Shown piece after piece: positions 20,852 to 30,727 of a stretch of DNA of 64,000 nt. The stretch spans positions 259,277-323,276 of the forward strand of contig CAWBKO010000009.1 in NCBI GenBank assembly GCA_963789435.1, written 5' to 3'. The notes below the pieces were generated by a model. That model had not been told where the DNA came from. It was given only the letters and a program-made list of their open reading frames with translations, and searched no databases. Positions within the stretch are counted from its first letter, which is position 1, and the number at the start of each line of letters is the position of its first letter. This DNA comes from an uncultured Chloroflexia bacterium. Lineage in GTDB: Bacteria > Chloroflexota > Limnocylindria > QHBO01. The translations under genes and the position numbers were made by a program.

Positions 20852-21822
20852 CCGCCGGAGGGCAGGTCCAGCAGGCGCGCCGTGATCAGCTCGGCCGCGG
20901 CAACGTCCTGGATGGCCAGGCCGACCGACTTGAAGACGGTGATGGCGGCCGGATCGCGCGCGGCGGCCCACGACCGGTCGATGCCGCCGATCTCCACCAG
21001 ATCCGCGGCGCGGACGAGTCCACGCTCGATCCCGGCAACCACGTCGCCCGCCTCCGCGAGGGCGGCCTCCCGCGCGTCGACGGCCACCACTGAGGCGATG
21101 CCGAACAGCTCCGGCGGCAGCTCGATCATGGAGAGGTTGAACGCCCCGATGCCGTTGACGTGCGTCCCCGGGCGAAGCCACGCGGCATCGAACACCGGCT
21201 CGCTCGAGGTCGTCGCGCAGCACACGATGTCCGCCTCGCGCACGGCCGCCTGCAGATCAGCTGCGGCGGCGACATCCACGCCGGTGGCATCCGCCATTCG
21301 GGCGGCGAAGGCATCCCGGCGCTTGGCGTCGCGCGCGTACACGAGCACTCGACGGATCGGCCGCGCGGCGAGCACCGCCCGGATCTGCCACTCGGCCTGG
21401 CCCCCCGCGCCGATGACGGTCAGGGTCTCGGCATCGGTGCGCGCCAGCAGCCGGCTGCCGACGCCTGAAGCGGCGCCGGTGCGCATGGCGGTCACCGCCG
21501 CTCCATCGAGCAGCGCCAGCGGTCGCCCGGTTGCCGCGTCGAACCAGATGACGAGGGCGTGGATGGTCGGCAGGCCTCGCTCGGCGTTGTGCGGCATGAC
21601 CGTGACGAGCTTCACGCTGGCGCCGGCGCCACCCTCACGCACCCCGGGCATCAGGAGGAGCGCGCCATCCGACAGCTCGACGTGCGAGCGCAGCGGCGAG
21701 CGATCGCGGCCGGCGGCGACGTCCCGGTACGCTGCCTCGACCGCGTCGAGCAGCTCGGTCATCGGCGCGGCTCCGCGGATCCGGTCGCCGTCGAGGAAGG
21801 GAAGGGCGTCGGCGGTCGTCAT
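20848..21822 (-). CDS. ornithine cyclodeaminase / mu-crystallin family protein
   Basis: LLLMPG..KLVTVMPHN..TAMRTGAASGV..LTVIGAGGQAEWQ..GTHVNGIGAF. Convergent 4-nt overlap with the upstream gene. Confidence 0.85.
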   Translation of the reverse strand: MTTADALPFLDGDRIRGAAPMTELLDAVEAAYRDVAAGRDRSPLRSHVELSDGALLLMPGVREGGAGASVKLVTVMPHNAERGLPTIHALVIWFDAATGRPLALLDGAAVTAMRTGAASGVGSRLLARTDAETLTVIGAGGQAEWQIRAVLAARPIRRVLVYARDAKRRDAFAARMADATGVDVAAAADLQAAVREADIVCCATTSSEPVFDAAWLRPGTHVNGIGAFNLSMIELPPELFGIASVVAVDAREAALAEAGDVVAGIERGLVRAADLVEIGGIDRSWAAARDPAAITVFKSVGLAIQDVAAAELITARLLDLPSGG

Positions 21823-21897
21823 CGGTGCTGGCGGTAGAGTCTACTGGGAGCGCGGCCCGGCACACCGCTTGCGAGAAGCGCCACCGAAGGAGGATCC

Positions 21898-22245
21898 ATG
21901 ATCGACAACGTTCGCGACGAGGTCACACGCCGAGCCGACACCGCGCGCAGCGAGCTGGGTGACCTGATGTGGCTGCTGCGCATGGCCGTGTTCGCTGCCG
22001 TGGCGGGTGCCGTCTACACCGAGCTGCGAAAGCCGCCTGCGCAACGCACCTGGAACGGCAAGCTGCTCGGTGTGGTGCCGTACGACTTCCGCATCCCTTC
22101 CCTGGAGCAGCTCCGCTCCGCCTACTGGAACCCGCGCTCGCCGAAGGTCTTCACGGATCGCCCGTTCGGGGTCGGCTGGGCAATCAACGTCCCCACCGTG
22201 CTTCGGCGGCTCGGCGTCCACCGCGGGTTCACGAAGGGGCGGTAG
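21898..22245 (+). CDS. DUF5808-like membrane-associated protein
   Basis: GKLLGVVPYDFRIPSLEQLRSAYWNPRSPKVFTDRPFGVGWAINV. Confidence 0.5.
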   Translation: MIDNVRDEVTRRADTARSELGDLMWLLRMAVFAAVAGAVYTELRKPPAQRTWNGKLLGVVPYDFRIPSLEQLRSAYWNPRSPKVFTDRPFGVGWAINVPTVLRRLGVHRGFTKGR

Positions 22246-22302
22246 GCCTCCCCCTGGGGCCCCAAATCGTCGGAGGCGTTACCTGCGCTAGCATCGGGAC
22301 CG

Positions 22303-22752
22303 ATGAACTGGTTCCCGATCCTCCTCGTCACGCACATCGTCCTTGCCGTGGCGCTCCTCCTCCCGACGGTGCTGCTCCCGTTCGTGCTGCGGCGCGGCGA
22401 CGGCCGGCCGGGGAGGGTGACACGGACCCTGATGGCGATGCAGGGCACCGGCACGCTGATCATCGCGGCCGGGCTGGCGATCACCGGGTCGGCAATGCTC
22501 TGGATCCTCGGCCCGGAATTGCTCACCAAGCCCTGGCTGTTGGTCGCGCTCGTGCTCTATGCGATCAATCTGGCGGTGGCCGCGTTCGTGGGACGGCCGA
22601 ACCTGCGGCGACTGGTCGGGCTCAGCTCCAGCTCCGCAGATGACGCGACGTGGCGCCGCCGTGCGCGTCGCCAGCGATACATCGCGTATGGCATGGCCGG
22701 CGTCATCGGCGTCATCGGGCTCCTGATGAGCACGAAACCGGACCTGTGGTGA
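22303..22752 (+). CDS. DUF2269-like four-TM membrane protein
   Basis: MNWFPILLVTHIVLAVALLLPTVLLPF.. with four hydrophobic helices. Confidence 0.55.
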   Translation: MNWFPILLVTHIVLAVALLLPTVLLPFVLRRGDGRPGRVTRTLMAMQGTGTLIIAAGLAITGSAMLWILGPELLTKPWLLVALVLYAINLAVAAFVGRPNLRRLVGLSSSSADDATWRRRARRQRYIAYGMAGVIGVIGLLMSTKPDLW

Positions 22753-22756
22753 TCCG

Positions 22757-22861
22757 CTAGAAGCGCGGAATCGGAAGCGGACGGCCCGCCAGCAGGAAGA
22801 TGCCCGACACGATGATGAACATCGTGATCGCGAAGAAGAGCAACCACTTCAGGACTTCCAT
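22757..22861 (-). CDS. 34-aa hydrophobic micropeptide (hypothetical)
   Basis: Not in the ORF track (too short). ATG preceded by GGAG at -8. MEVLKWLLFFAITMFIIVSGIFLLAGRPLPIPRF, one TM helix. Confidence 0.35.
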   Translation of the reverse strand: MEVLKWLLFFAITMFIIVSGIFLLAGRPLPIPRF

Positions 22862-22977
22862 GGTCGGACTCCGATACGGTTGGTGAACCGGCAGCAGACT
22901 CCCCCATCGGTCGAGCGATTCTATCGGTCCCGTCCAGCATTCCGCGCCGATTCGAGTCCCGCTTTAGAATCCGCAGC

Positions 22978-24254
22978 GTGACCCTCCGCCTTCACGACGC
23001 CCGCCGGGGCGGTCTTCACCCCTTCGCGCCGATCGCCGGCCGCGACCACGTCGGGCTCTACGTCTGTGGCGTGACCCCCTACGACACCGGCCACCTCGGC
23101 CACGCCTTCACCTACGTCAGCTTCGACGTCCTGCATCGGTATCTCGAGTACCTCGGCCATGACGTCGTCTACGTCCAGAACCTGACCGATGTCGACGACG
23201 ACATGCTGCGCAAGGCCCGCGAGACCGGTGAGGACTATCTCGCGCTCGGCAACCGCAACGTCACCACCTTCCTGACCGAGATGGCGGCGCTGAACTGGCT
23301 GCCGCCCGACCATCTCCCACGCGCGACGCAGCACGTGCCGCAGATGCTGGAGCTGATCGCGAAGCTGGTGGCGAACGGTCTCGCCTACACCGCCGAGGGC
23401 AACGTCTACTTCAGCGTCTCCGCCGATCCGTCCTACGGGCAGCTGTCGAAGCTCACCCGCGACGAGATGCTGCCGGTCGCCAACGAACGCGGCAACGTCC
23501 CCGATATGCCGGGCAAGCGCGACCCGCTCGACTTCGTGCTGTGGCAGCGCTCCCTTGCCGACGAACCAGCCTGGGAGTCGCCATACGGTCCCGGCCGGCC
23601 GGGATGGCACATCGAGTGCTCGGCGATGTCGATGGCCTACCTCGGCAGCCGCTTCGAGATCCACGGTGGCGGCGCGGACCTGGTCTTCCCCCATCACGAG
23701 TCGGAGCTGGCGCAGTCGGAGGGTGCCACCGGCGAGCGGCCGTTCGTCGAGTGGTGGACGCACGCCGGCATGCTGCATCTTCGACGACGAGAAGATGAGC
23801 AAGTCGCTGGGCAACCTGGTGCTGGTGCGGGATCTCCTGCGCAGCTACTCCGGTGATGCGATCCGCCACTTCCTCGTCTCGCGCCACTATCGGTCGGAGG
23901 TCCACTTCAGCGAGGACGATCTCGCCGCCTCGGCAGATGCCGCTGCCCTCCTGCAGCTCGGCCTCCCTGCGCGCCGAGGAGCTCTCGCCGGCCGATCCGG
24001 CGCGTGCCGACAGCGACGGCCTCGCGCCGGCGGTGGCCGAGCATCGCGCGAGGTTCCTGGCCGCCATGGACAACGACCTCGACACGCCGGCTGCCCTCCC
24101 CGAGCTCGAGGCGCTCGCTCGGCTCGCGCTCAGCGCCGGCGAGCGCGACCTCGCCGCACAGGCCGGCTGGATGGTCCGCGAGCTCGGAGGCCGCATTCTC
24201 GGGCTGCGCCTGGCGCCGGCGCCGGTGGCGGTGCGCAGCACGACGGCGGCATGA
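22978..24254 (+). pseudogene. class-I CysRS-family ligase, MshC-like in length and motifs; frame breaks near 23780 and 23950
   Basis: CGVTPYDTGHLGHAFTY (HIGH), [46 protein letters not shown], then [14 protein letters not shown] in the +1 frame and ..[15 protein letters not shown].. in the next frame. About 425 aa in total. Confidence 0.75.
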
Positions 24255-24793
24255 CCGGGGCCCCTGACGACGACCTGGTCCCGATCAGCGTCCGCCTCGG
24301 CGAGGTCGTTCCCCCGGAGGATCCGGAGGACTGGACGCGTCCGCTGACCTGGGTGGCGGCATTCGGCATGCTGGCCGGGCCACTCATCGCGCTGGCATGG
24401 TTCGTCGCCGCGCCGCCGGTGGAGGCGAGGGCGGCGCTTCCGGCCACCTATCTCGTTGCCATCGCGCTCACGGCCGGTGGCGCAGCCACCGGAGCGACGC
24501 AGGTCGGTGCGGCCAGGGCCGGGACCGCAACGCTTGGGGCAGGGCTGTTCGGCGCGCTGGTCGTCATCATCCTCGGCGTGGTGATGGCCGGCGAGCGCCA
24601 GGTGGGCGTCGCATCGCCGAGCCTGTCCCATGCCTTCGTCGCCTCGGTGGCAGGGCTGGCCGGCACGGCCATCGGTGCCGTCGTTGCCGCCGTCGCGGCG
24701 CGGCTGCGATCGCGCCTGGTGCGTTTCCTGCCGGCGCTGGCGGCCGGAGCCGCCACGGCGCTCACCGTCGTCGGCCGGCTGCTTCCCGGCTGA
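24251..24793 (+). CDS. Ala/Gly-rich multi-TM membrane protein (hypothetical)
   Basis: ATGA overlap with the ligase gene. [23 protein letters not shown].. with 4-5 TM helices. Confidence 0.5.
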   Translation: MTGAPDDDLVPISVRLGEVVPPEDPEDWTRPLTWVAAFGMLAGPLIALAWFVAAPPVEARAALPATYLVAIALTAGGAATGATQVGAARAGTATLGAGLFGALVVIILGVVMAGERQVGVASPSLSHAFVASVAGLAGTAIGAVVAAVAARLRSRLVRFLPALAAGAATALTVVGRLLPG

Positions 24794-24796
24794 CGC

Positions 24797-25810
24797 TCAG
24801 GCGGTCGGCGTCCGGCCGGCGTCCTCGACGAGGAGGCAGGCAGCCTCGTGCAGCGGCCCGACGTCGAAGAGCGGCGGATCGACCACCGGGCATCGGTCGA
24901 ACGCGAACGGACAGCGGGGGTGGAAGCGACAGCCGGACGGGATCCGCGACGGATCGGGGGTCTCGCCGCGCAGGATGACCGGCTTCCGCCGTGTCGACGG
25001 ATCCGGCACCGGCACCACGGAGAGGAGTGCCTGCGCGTACGGATGGCGCGGATTGGCGAGCACCTCACGGGTCGGACCGAGCTCCACGATGCGGCCGAGG
25101 TACATCACCGCGATCCGATCGGCATACGCGGCGACCGTGGACAGGTCGTGGGTGATCATGACGATGCCGATCCCCTCCTTCCGCGCGAGTCCGGAGAGCA
25201 GGTTGAGGATCTCGGCCCGGATGCTGACGTCGAGCATGCTGACCGGCTCGTCCGCCACCAGCAGCGAAGGCTCGAGCGCCAGTGCCGCGGCGACCACGAC
25301 CCGCTGGCGCTGTCCGCCGGAGAGCTCGAAGGGATACCGATGCAGGTAGGCATCGACCGGTGCCATCCCGGCCTGCGTCATCGCGCGCGACACGCGCGTG
25401 CGAAGCTCATCGGGCGACTGCGTGACGCGGTGCACGCGCAGTGGCTCGGCCACGATCTCACCGACCGTCATCCGCGGATTGAGCGACTCGTAGGGGTCCT
25501 GGAAGACCATCTGGACCCGCCGCCGCAGGCGCCGCAGGCCTCGGCCGGAGAGGCTGCCGACCTCCTCGCCGTCGAGCACCACCCGGCCGCCGGTCGGCGT
25601 CAGGAGACCCATGAGCAGGTTGCCGGTCGTCGTCTTGCCGCATCCCGACTCGCCGACGAGCGCGAGCACCTCGCCGGCGCGGAGCTCGAACGAGATCCCA
25701 TCCACGGCGCGCACCGGTCGTGCCGGCCGGCGACGAAGCCAGTCGCCGAGCGAGCTGCGTCCGGGGAACTCCATTGCCAGATCCTCGACGCTGAGGAGCG
25801 CATCGGTCAT
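24797..25810 (-). CDS. dppF: oligopeptide/dipeptide ABC transporter ATP-binding protein (DppF/OppF type)
   Basis: Intact 337 aa. [30 protein letters not shown]-terminal HPYAQALL..GCRFHPRCP. The ATG overlaps the dppD stop (ATGA). Confidence 0.9.
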   Translation of the reverse strand: MTDALLSVEDLAMEFPGRSSLGDWLRRRPARPVRAVDGISFELRAGEVLALVGESGCGKTTTGNLLMGLLTPTGGRVVLDGEEVGSLSGRGLRRLRRRVQMVFQDPYESLNPRMTVGEIVAEPLRVHRVTQSPDELRTRVSRAMTQAGMAPVDAYLHRYPFELSGGQRQRVVVAAALALEPSLLVADEPVSMLDVSIRAEILNLLSGLARKEGIGIVMITHDLSTVAAYADRIAVMYLGRIVELGPTREVLANPRHPYAQALLSVVPVPDPSTRRKPVILRGETPDPSRIPSGCRFHPRCPFAFDRCPVVDPPLFDVGPLHEAACLLVEDAGRTPTA

Positions 25811-26798
25811 GGCCGTGACTCCGCCGGGTCGAGAAGGAAGCAGGACGGCGCGGCCGCCCTCGGTCGCGTAGTCGGGCGGCCGCTCGATCGGGCATCGCTC
25901 GAACGCGTGCGGGCAGCGCGGTTGCGAACCGGCAGCCGGGCGGCATGGCGTCCAGCCGCGGCGGCGCCCCGGGGATGCCTCGCAGCGGACGATCCGGGTG
26001 CGCGAGGTCCGGGAAGGACTGGAGCAGCTGCTGCGTGTAGGGATGCTGCGGCGAGCGGAAGAGGCGCGACGGCGTCGTTCTCCTCGGCCACGCCGCCGCC
26101 GTACATGACCACGATCCGATCGCACACCTGCGCAACGACGCCGAGGTCGTGGGTGACGAGGATGATTGCCATTCCGAAGTCGCGGGCGATGCCGCTGAGA
26201 AGCTCGAGGATCTGCGCCTGGATCATCACGTCGAGTGCCGTCGTCGGCTCGTCGGCGACGATGACGTCGGGGTCGCACGCCAGCGCCAGCGCGATCATCG
26301 CGCGCTGCCGCATGCCGCCGGAGTACGTGTGTGGGTACTCCTTCGCGCGCCGCCTGCCGATCCCGACCCGCTCGAGCAGCTCCTCGGCGCGCCGAGCGCC
26401 CTCCTCCCTGCTGGTGCCCGGTGCGTGCAGGCGGACCGCCTCCGAGATCTGGTCGCCCACCGTCCGCACCGGATTCAGCGCGTTCATCGCGCCCTGGAAG
26501 ACGAGCGACAGGCGGGTCCAGCGGAATGAGCGCAGGGCCGCTGCCGTCCAGGCTCAACAGGTCCTCGCCGTCGAACCACACGCTTCCCGAGACGATGCGG
26601 CCGCCGGGCGGCAGCAGGCGCAGGATGCCGAGCACGGTCGTCGTCTTGCCGCAGCCCGACTCGCCCACCAGGCCGAGCGTCTCGCCCCGGTGGAGATCGA
26701 AGCTGACGCCGTCGACGGCTCGCAGCGGACCCCCGCGGCGCGTCGAACTCGATCGAAAGGTCCCTGACCCGGAGGATCGGCGCTGCCTCGTCCGCCAC
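25807..26798 (-). pseudogene. dppD: oligopeptide/dipeptide ABC transporter ATP-binding protein (DppD/OppD type); about five frame breaks (near 25850, 25935, 26085, 26540, 26745)
   Basis: Pieces in three frames: ILRVRDLSIEFD / PLRAVDGVSFDLHRGETLGLVGESGCGKTTT..WFDGEDLLSL / LRSFRWTRLSLVFQGAMNALNP..YSGGMRQR..IVADEPTTALD / HPYTQQLL..GCRF / RCPHAFERCP / CFLLDPAESRP-stop. Confidence 0.8.
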
Positions 26799-27755
26799 GC
26801 GCGGCGAGTCGACCTGCGGCACCACGCGGTCGCGCGCCACGTCGGTCCCGGACGCTTCGAGGTGATGCCGCTTCAGGCGAGGATTCAGCGCGTCCTCGAG
26901 GGCGGTGCCGAGCAGCGTCGTCGCGAGCACGACCCACACGATCGCCAGCCCGGGCGGGATGAGCGCCCACCAGGCCCCCGCCGACACCGCTCCGCGTTCG
27001 AAGGCGAAGTTCAGCATCTGGCCCCAGCTGATGACGGTCGGATCGCCGAGCCCCAGGAAGGCCAGCGTCGACTCGGACAGGATCGCGAGGCTGATGACCA
27101 GCACCATGTTGGCGAGCATGAGCGGGAGCACGGCCGGCATGATGTGGCGCCGAAGGATGTGGGCGTCCCCGGCGCCGATGGCCCGGGCACGCATGACGAA
27201 CTTCCGCTCCCGAACGGTCAGCGTCTGCGAGCGGACCAGCCGCGCCGTCGTGGTCCAGCCCAGCACGCCGATCACCAGGATGATGGTGCCCAGCGATGGA
27301 CCGATGATCGCGACCAGCACGATCTGCAGGGCCAGGTCCGGGATGACGAGGAAGAAGTCGGTGATCCGCATCAGCAGCGAGCCGAGCCAGCCCCCGCGGT
27401 AGCCGGCGACGATCCCGACCAGGCCACCGATGATCAGCGCGATGGTCGCGGCGGCGAACCCGACCAGCAGCGAGACCCGCGCACCGTAGATGAGCGCCGA
27501 GAGCACGTCCTTCCCACCGTCATCGGTCCCGAGCGGGTGCGCCGCGGAGGGCGCCTGGTAGATGTCGAGGATGTTCACCCGCACCGGCTCGTAGGGGTCG
27601 TACGGTGCGACGAGGGGCGCGAACACGGCCAGCAGCATCGCGACACCGAGCATTGCCAGCCCGATGAGGCCCATGCGGTGTCGCAGGAACGACCGCCAGG
27701 CACGGCGCGGCGTCGTGGCGGTGGTCGGCGCGGTGACCTCGAGCAGCGCCGTCAT
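26799..27755 (-). CDS. dppC: oligopeptide/dipeptide ABC transporter permease (DppC type); no in-frame stop before the dppD coding sequence
   Basis: PLGTDDGGKDVLSALIYGARVSL..ARAIGAGDAHILRRHIMP..LEDALNPRLK. The frame runs on into VADEAAPILRVRDLSIEF. The 3' boundary given is nominal. Confidence 0.8.
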
Positions 27756-27759
27756 CGGC

Positions 27760-28767
27760 TCATTCCTCGCTCACGCGTGGGTCGAGCCAGCCGTAGATGA
27801 GCTCGGCGGCGAGGTTGGCGACGACGACGGAGAGGGCGATGATCAGGAACGCGCCCTGCAGCACCGGATAGTCGCGGTCGGCGACCGCCTGGACGGCGAG
27901 CGCACCGAGGCCCGGCCAGGAGTAGACCGCCTCCACCTGGATCGCGCCCGATACGGTGAAGCCCAGGTTGAGCGCGATGAGCGTCACCATCGGCAGCATC
28001 GCGTTGCGGAGCGCGTGGTGGCGGATGACCCCGTAGTTCGAGAGGCCCTTGGCGCGAGCGGTGAGGATGTAGTCCTCGCCGAAGACGTCGAGCACGCTGC
28101 TGCGCATGATCAGCATGTACTCGCCGAGCAGCACCAGGGTCAGCGTCAGGGTCGGCAGCAGGAGGTGGCGTCCGATGTCGACGGCCTGCTCGATGAAGGT
28201 CTCGAAGTGGGCACCCACCGTGATGCGACCGGAGGTCGGCAGGCCGAGCCAGTTGGCGCCCGCGACGAGCAGGATGATGCCGAGGAAGAAGGTCGGCAGC
28301 GACCACATGAAGAGGCTGAAGGTGAGCGCCCCGACGTCGAGTGGACGGCCCCGACGCCATGCGGCGAGCAGGCCGAGGATCGATCCGAGCAGGATCGCCA
28401 GCAGCTGTGACGGCAGCACCAGCCACAGGGTGTTGCCGAGCGCCTGCCCGATGAGCTCGGCCACCGTCCTGTCGCGGAACGCGTAGCTCGTTCCCAGGTC
28501 GCCGCGGCTCAGCGCACCGAGGTAGGCCGTGAACTGGGTGTCGAGCGGGTTTCCACCGTCGAGGTCGATCAGGATCGGCTTGTCGGTCCCGAAGCGGACG
28601 CGCAACGCCTGGACGGCCGCCGGGTTGAGCCGGGGATCGTGAAGGCCGGACTTGGCCGGGTCACCCGGCAGCACCCGGAACAGCAGGAAGTTGAAGGTGA
28701 GCACGACCGCGACCGTGACCAGCGCCCAGCCGAGCTTGCGCAGGAGGTAGCCGCCGCGTCCGCTCAC
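27760..28767 (-). CDS. dppB: oligopeptide/dipeptide ABC transporter permease (DppB type)
   Basis: Intact 335 aa. YLLRKLGWALVTVAVVLTFNFLLFRVLPGDP..YILTARAKGLSNYGVIRHHALRNAMLP. Confidence 0.9.
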   Translation of the reverse strand: MSGRGGYLLRKLGWALVTVAVVLTFNFLLFRVLPGDPAKSGLHDPRLNPAAVQALRVRFGTDKPILIDLDGGNPLDTQFTAYLGALSRGDLGTSYAFRDRTVAELIGQALGNTLWLVLPSQLLAILLGSILGLLAAWRRGRPLDVGALTFSLFMWSLPTFFLGIILLVAGANWLGLPTSGRITVGAHFETFIEQAVDIGRHLLLPTLTLTLVLLGEYMLIMRSSVLDVFGEDYILTARAKGLSNYGVIRHHALRNAMLPMVTLIALNLGFTVSGAIQVEAVYSWPGLGALAVQAVADRDYPVLQGAFLIIALSVVVANLAAELIYGWLDPRVSEE

Positions 28768-28852
28768 CGGGCAGCCCCGCGCGGATCACGCTCTGACCGC
28801 ATCACGGGCACCTCGCGCCGAGCGTCACGACGACGCCCGGCGCGCGATCGGC

Positions 28853-30586
28853 CTATTCGGCCGGTCGGAGGGCGCTGAGCGAGGACGGATCCTCGAGGCC
28901 CAGCGTCGGGTCATCGGCCAGCCAGCCGGTGAACGTATCCGTTCGCCAGGCTTCGATCTCCTGCGAGTAGTACGGGATGATGTACGGCACGTCATCGATC
29001 AGCATCTGCTGCATCTGGTGGATCTCGTCGACGCGCGCATCGTGGTCGAGCTCGATCGCCTGCTGGTCGTAGAGCGCGTCGAACTCCGGATCGCAGTAGC
29101 CGGTCTCGCTGAAGCCGGAATCGATCTCGCTGCACAGCCCCACGCCGAGCAGGAAGGCCGGATCGGGATCCGAGCCCCAACCCCAGAGCATGATGTCGTA
29201 GTCGAAGGCCGGGCAGCAGACGCTGGTCAGCGTGTCCGCGTCGAGCCCCTGGATCTCGATCGCCACACCGATCTGCTCCCACATGCCCTGGAGCAGCTCC
29301 GCCTCGCGCGGCGCGGTGTCGATGTCATCGGCGTAGTTGAATCGGAAGGTCAGGTCTCCGGTCTCGCAGTCCTGGTCGGCCAGGCACTCGCGGACGCCGT
29401 CTCCGTCGCTGTCCTCGTAGCCCGCGTCGTCGAGGAGGGCGTTGGCGGCATCCACGTCGTACGCGTAGTCCTCGACCTCGGACGCGTAGTAGTCACCGAG
29501 GCCCGGCGGAACCATCGAGAGGCCGGGCGCCGCCGTGCCGAGGGTGGCCACGTCGATGATCTGCTGCTTGTCGGTGGCGTGCGCCAGGGCCTGCCGCACG
29601 GCGAGGTCCTTGAGCGCCGGATGGCCTGAGCAGACGCCGTCCTCGGCCGGGCAGGCGTCGTCGGCGACGACGTTGAGGATGATGTCGCGCAGGCTGCCGC
29701 CCGCCGCCGACGTCGGCGATGTGGACTTCCACGTTCTCGGCGTTCTGGAGCGCGCTCACCGCCGTCGCCGGAAACTCGGTGATCGCGTCGATGTCGCCGG
29801 TCGTCAGTGCCGTGATGCGGGCGTCGGCGTTGTCGAACTTCTGGAAGATGACGCCGTCGACGTTGGGCGGCGTGCCCCAGTAGTCCGTGTTCGCCGCCAG
29901 CTCGACCGACTCGTTCTGGACCGCCTCAACGAGCTTGAAGGCTCCGGAGCCGATCATCTCGGCGTTCTCGAAGGCCACCGGATCCGCCTCGCCCTCCCAG
30001 ATGTGCTTCGGCAGCACATAGATGAAGGCCATGTTTGCCTCGAAGTTCCCGAGCGGCTCGGCGGTCGTCAGGGTGACCGTCGTGGCGTCGGTCGCCTCGA
30101 TCGTCTCGAACGGCGCCGCGTACGACGGCAGGAACGGGAAGTCCTCGGTGTCCTTGTAGAGCTGAATCGAGAAGGCAACGTCCTCGGCGGTGAGCGGTTC
30201 GCCGTCGTGGAAGGTCGCGCCGTCGATGATCGTCATCGTCCAGGTCAGCCCGTCATCGCTTGACCGACCACTCGCTCGCCAGCTCCGGCACGTATTCGCC
30301 GCTCGATGCGACCGCGATCGGCGTGTCGAACACGAGCTCATACAGGCGTGTACGCCTCGGACAGGAGGCCGTTGCCGGGATTCAGGCTGTCCGGATAGCC
30401 GGCCATGCCGATGCGCACCGTGCCGCCGGTGGCGGTCCCGCCGCCGGCTGACGGTCCGGCAACCTCGGTCTCGCCGGCACTCGGGTTTTGCTGCACGGCG
30501 GTGCAGGCGGAGATGAGCAGGCCAAACGAGGCAAGCATGGCGGGGGTTGAACGAAGGCGTCGCACCGTCCCAGTACCTCCAAGCAT
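28853..30586 (-). pseudogene. dppA: family-5 peptide-binding lipoprotein (DppA/OppA type); three frame breaks (near 29690, 30265, 30345)
   Basis: RRLRSTPAMLASFGLLISAC lipobox; GTVRIGMAGYPDSLNPGNG / LYELVFDTPIAVASSGEYVPELASEWSV / DDGLTWTMTIIDGATFHDGEPLTAEDV.. / SLRDIILNVVADD..LKDLAVRQALAHATDKQQI.. in successive frames. Confidence 0.8.
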
Positions 30587-30727
30587 CAGCGGCGCGTGGG
30601 TGCCCGGGGCGGGACGGCCGCTTCGACCGACCGAGGATGGCACATCCCACGGAATCCGGTCAACGTTTCTGATGGCATTGCGGATTCCGCGCAACCGCGC
30701 CGGAACGGCTGGGCATACTCCATCGTC

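Noticed and set aside
22862-22977. A possible second T-box upstream of the CysS/MshC-like ligase.
   Set aside because: The gap is only 115 nt. It has no GGUGGNACCGCG-like T-box sequence, no F-box and no terminator hairpin.
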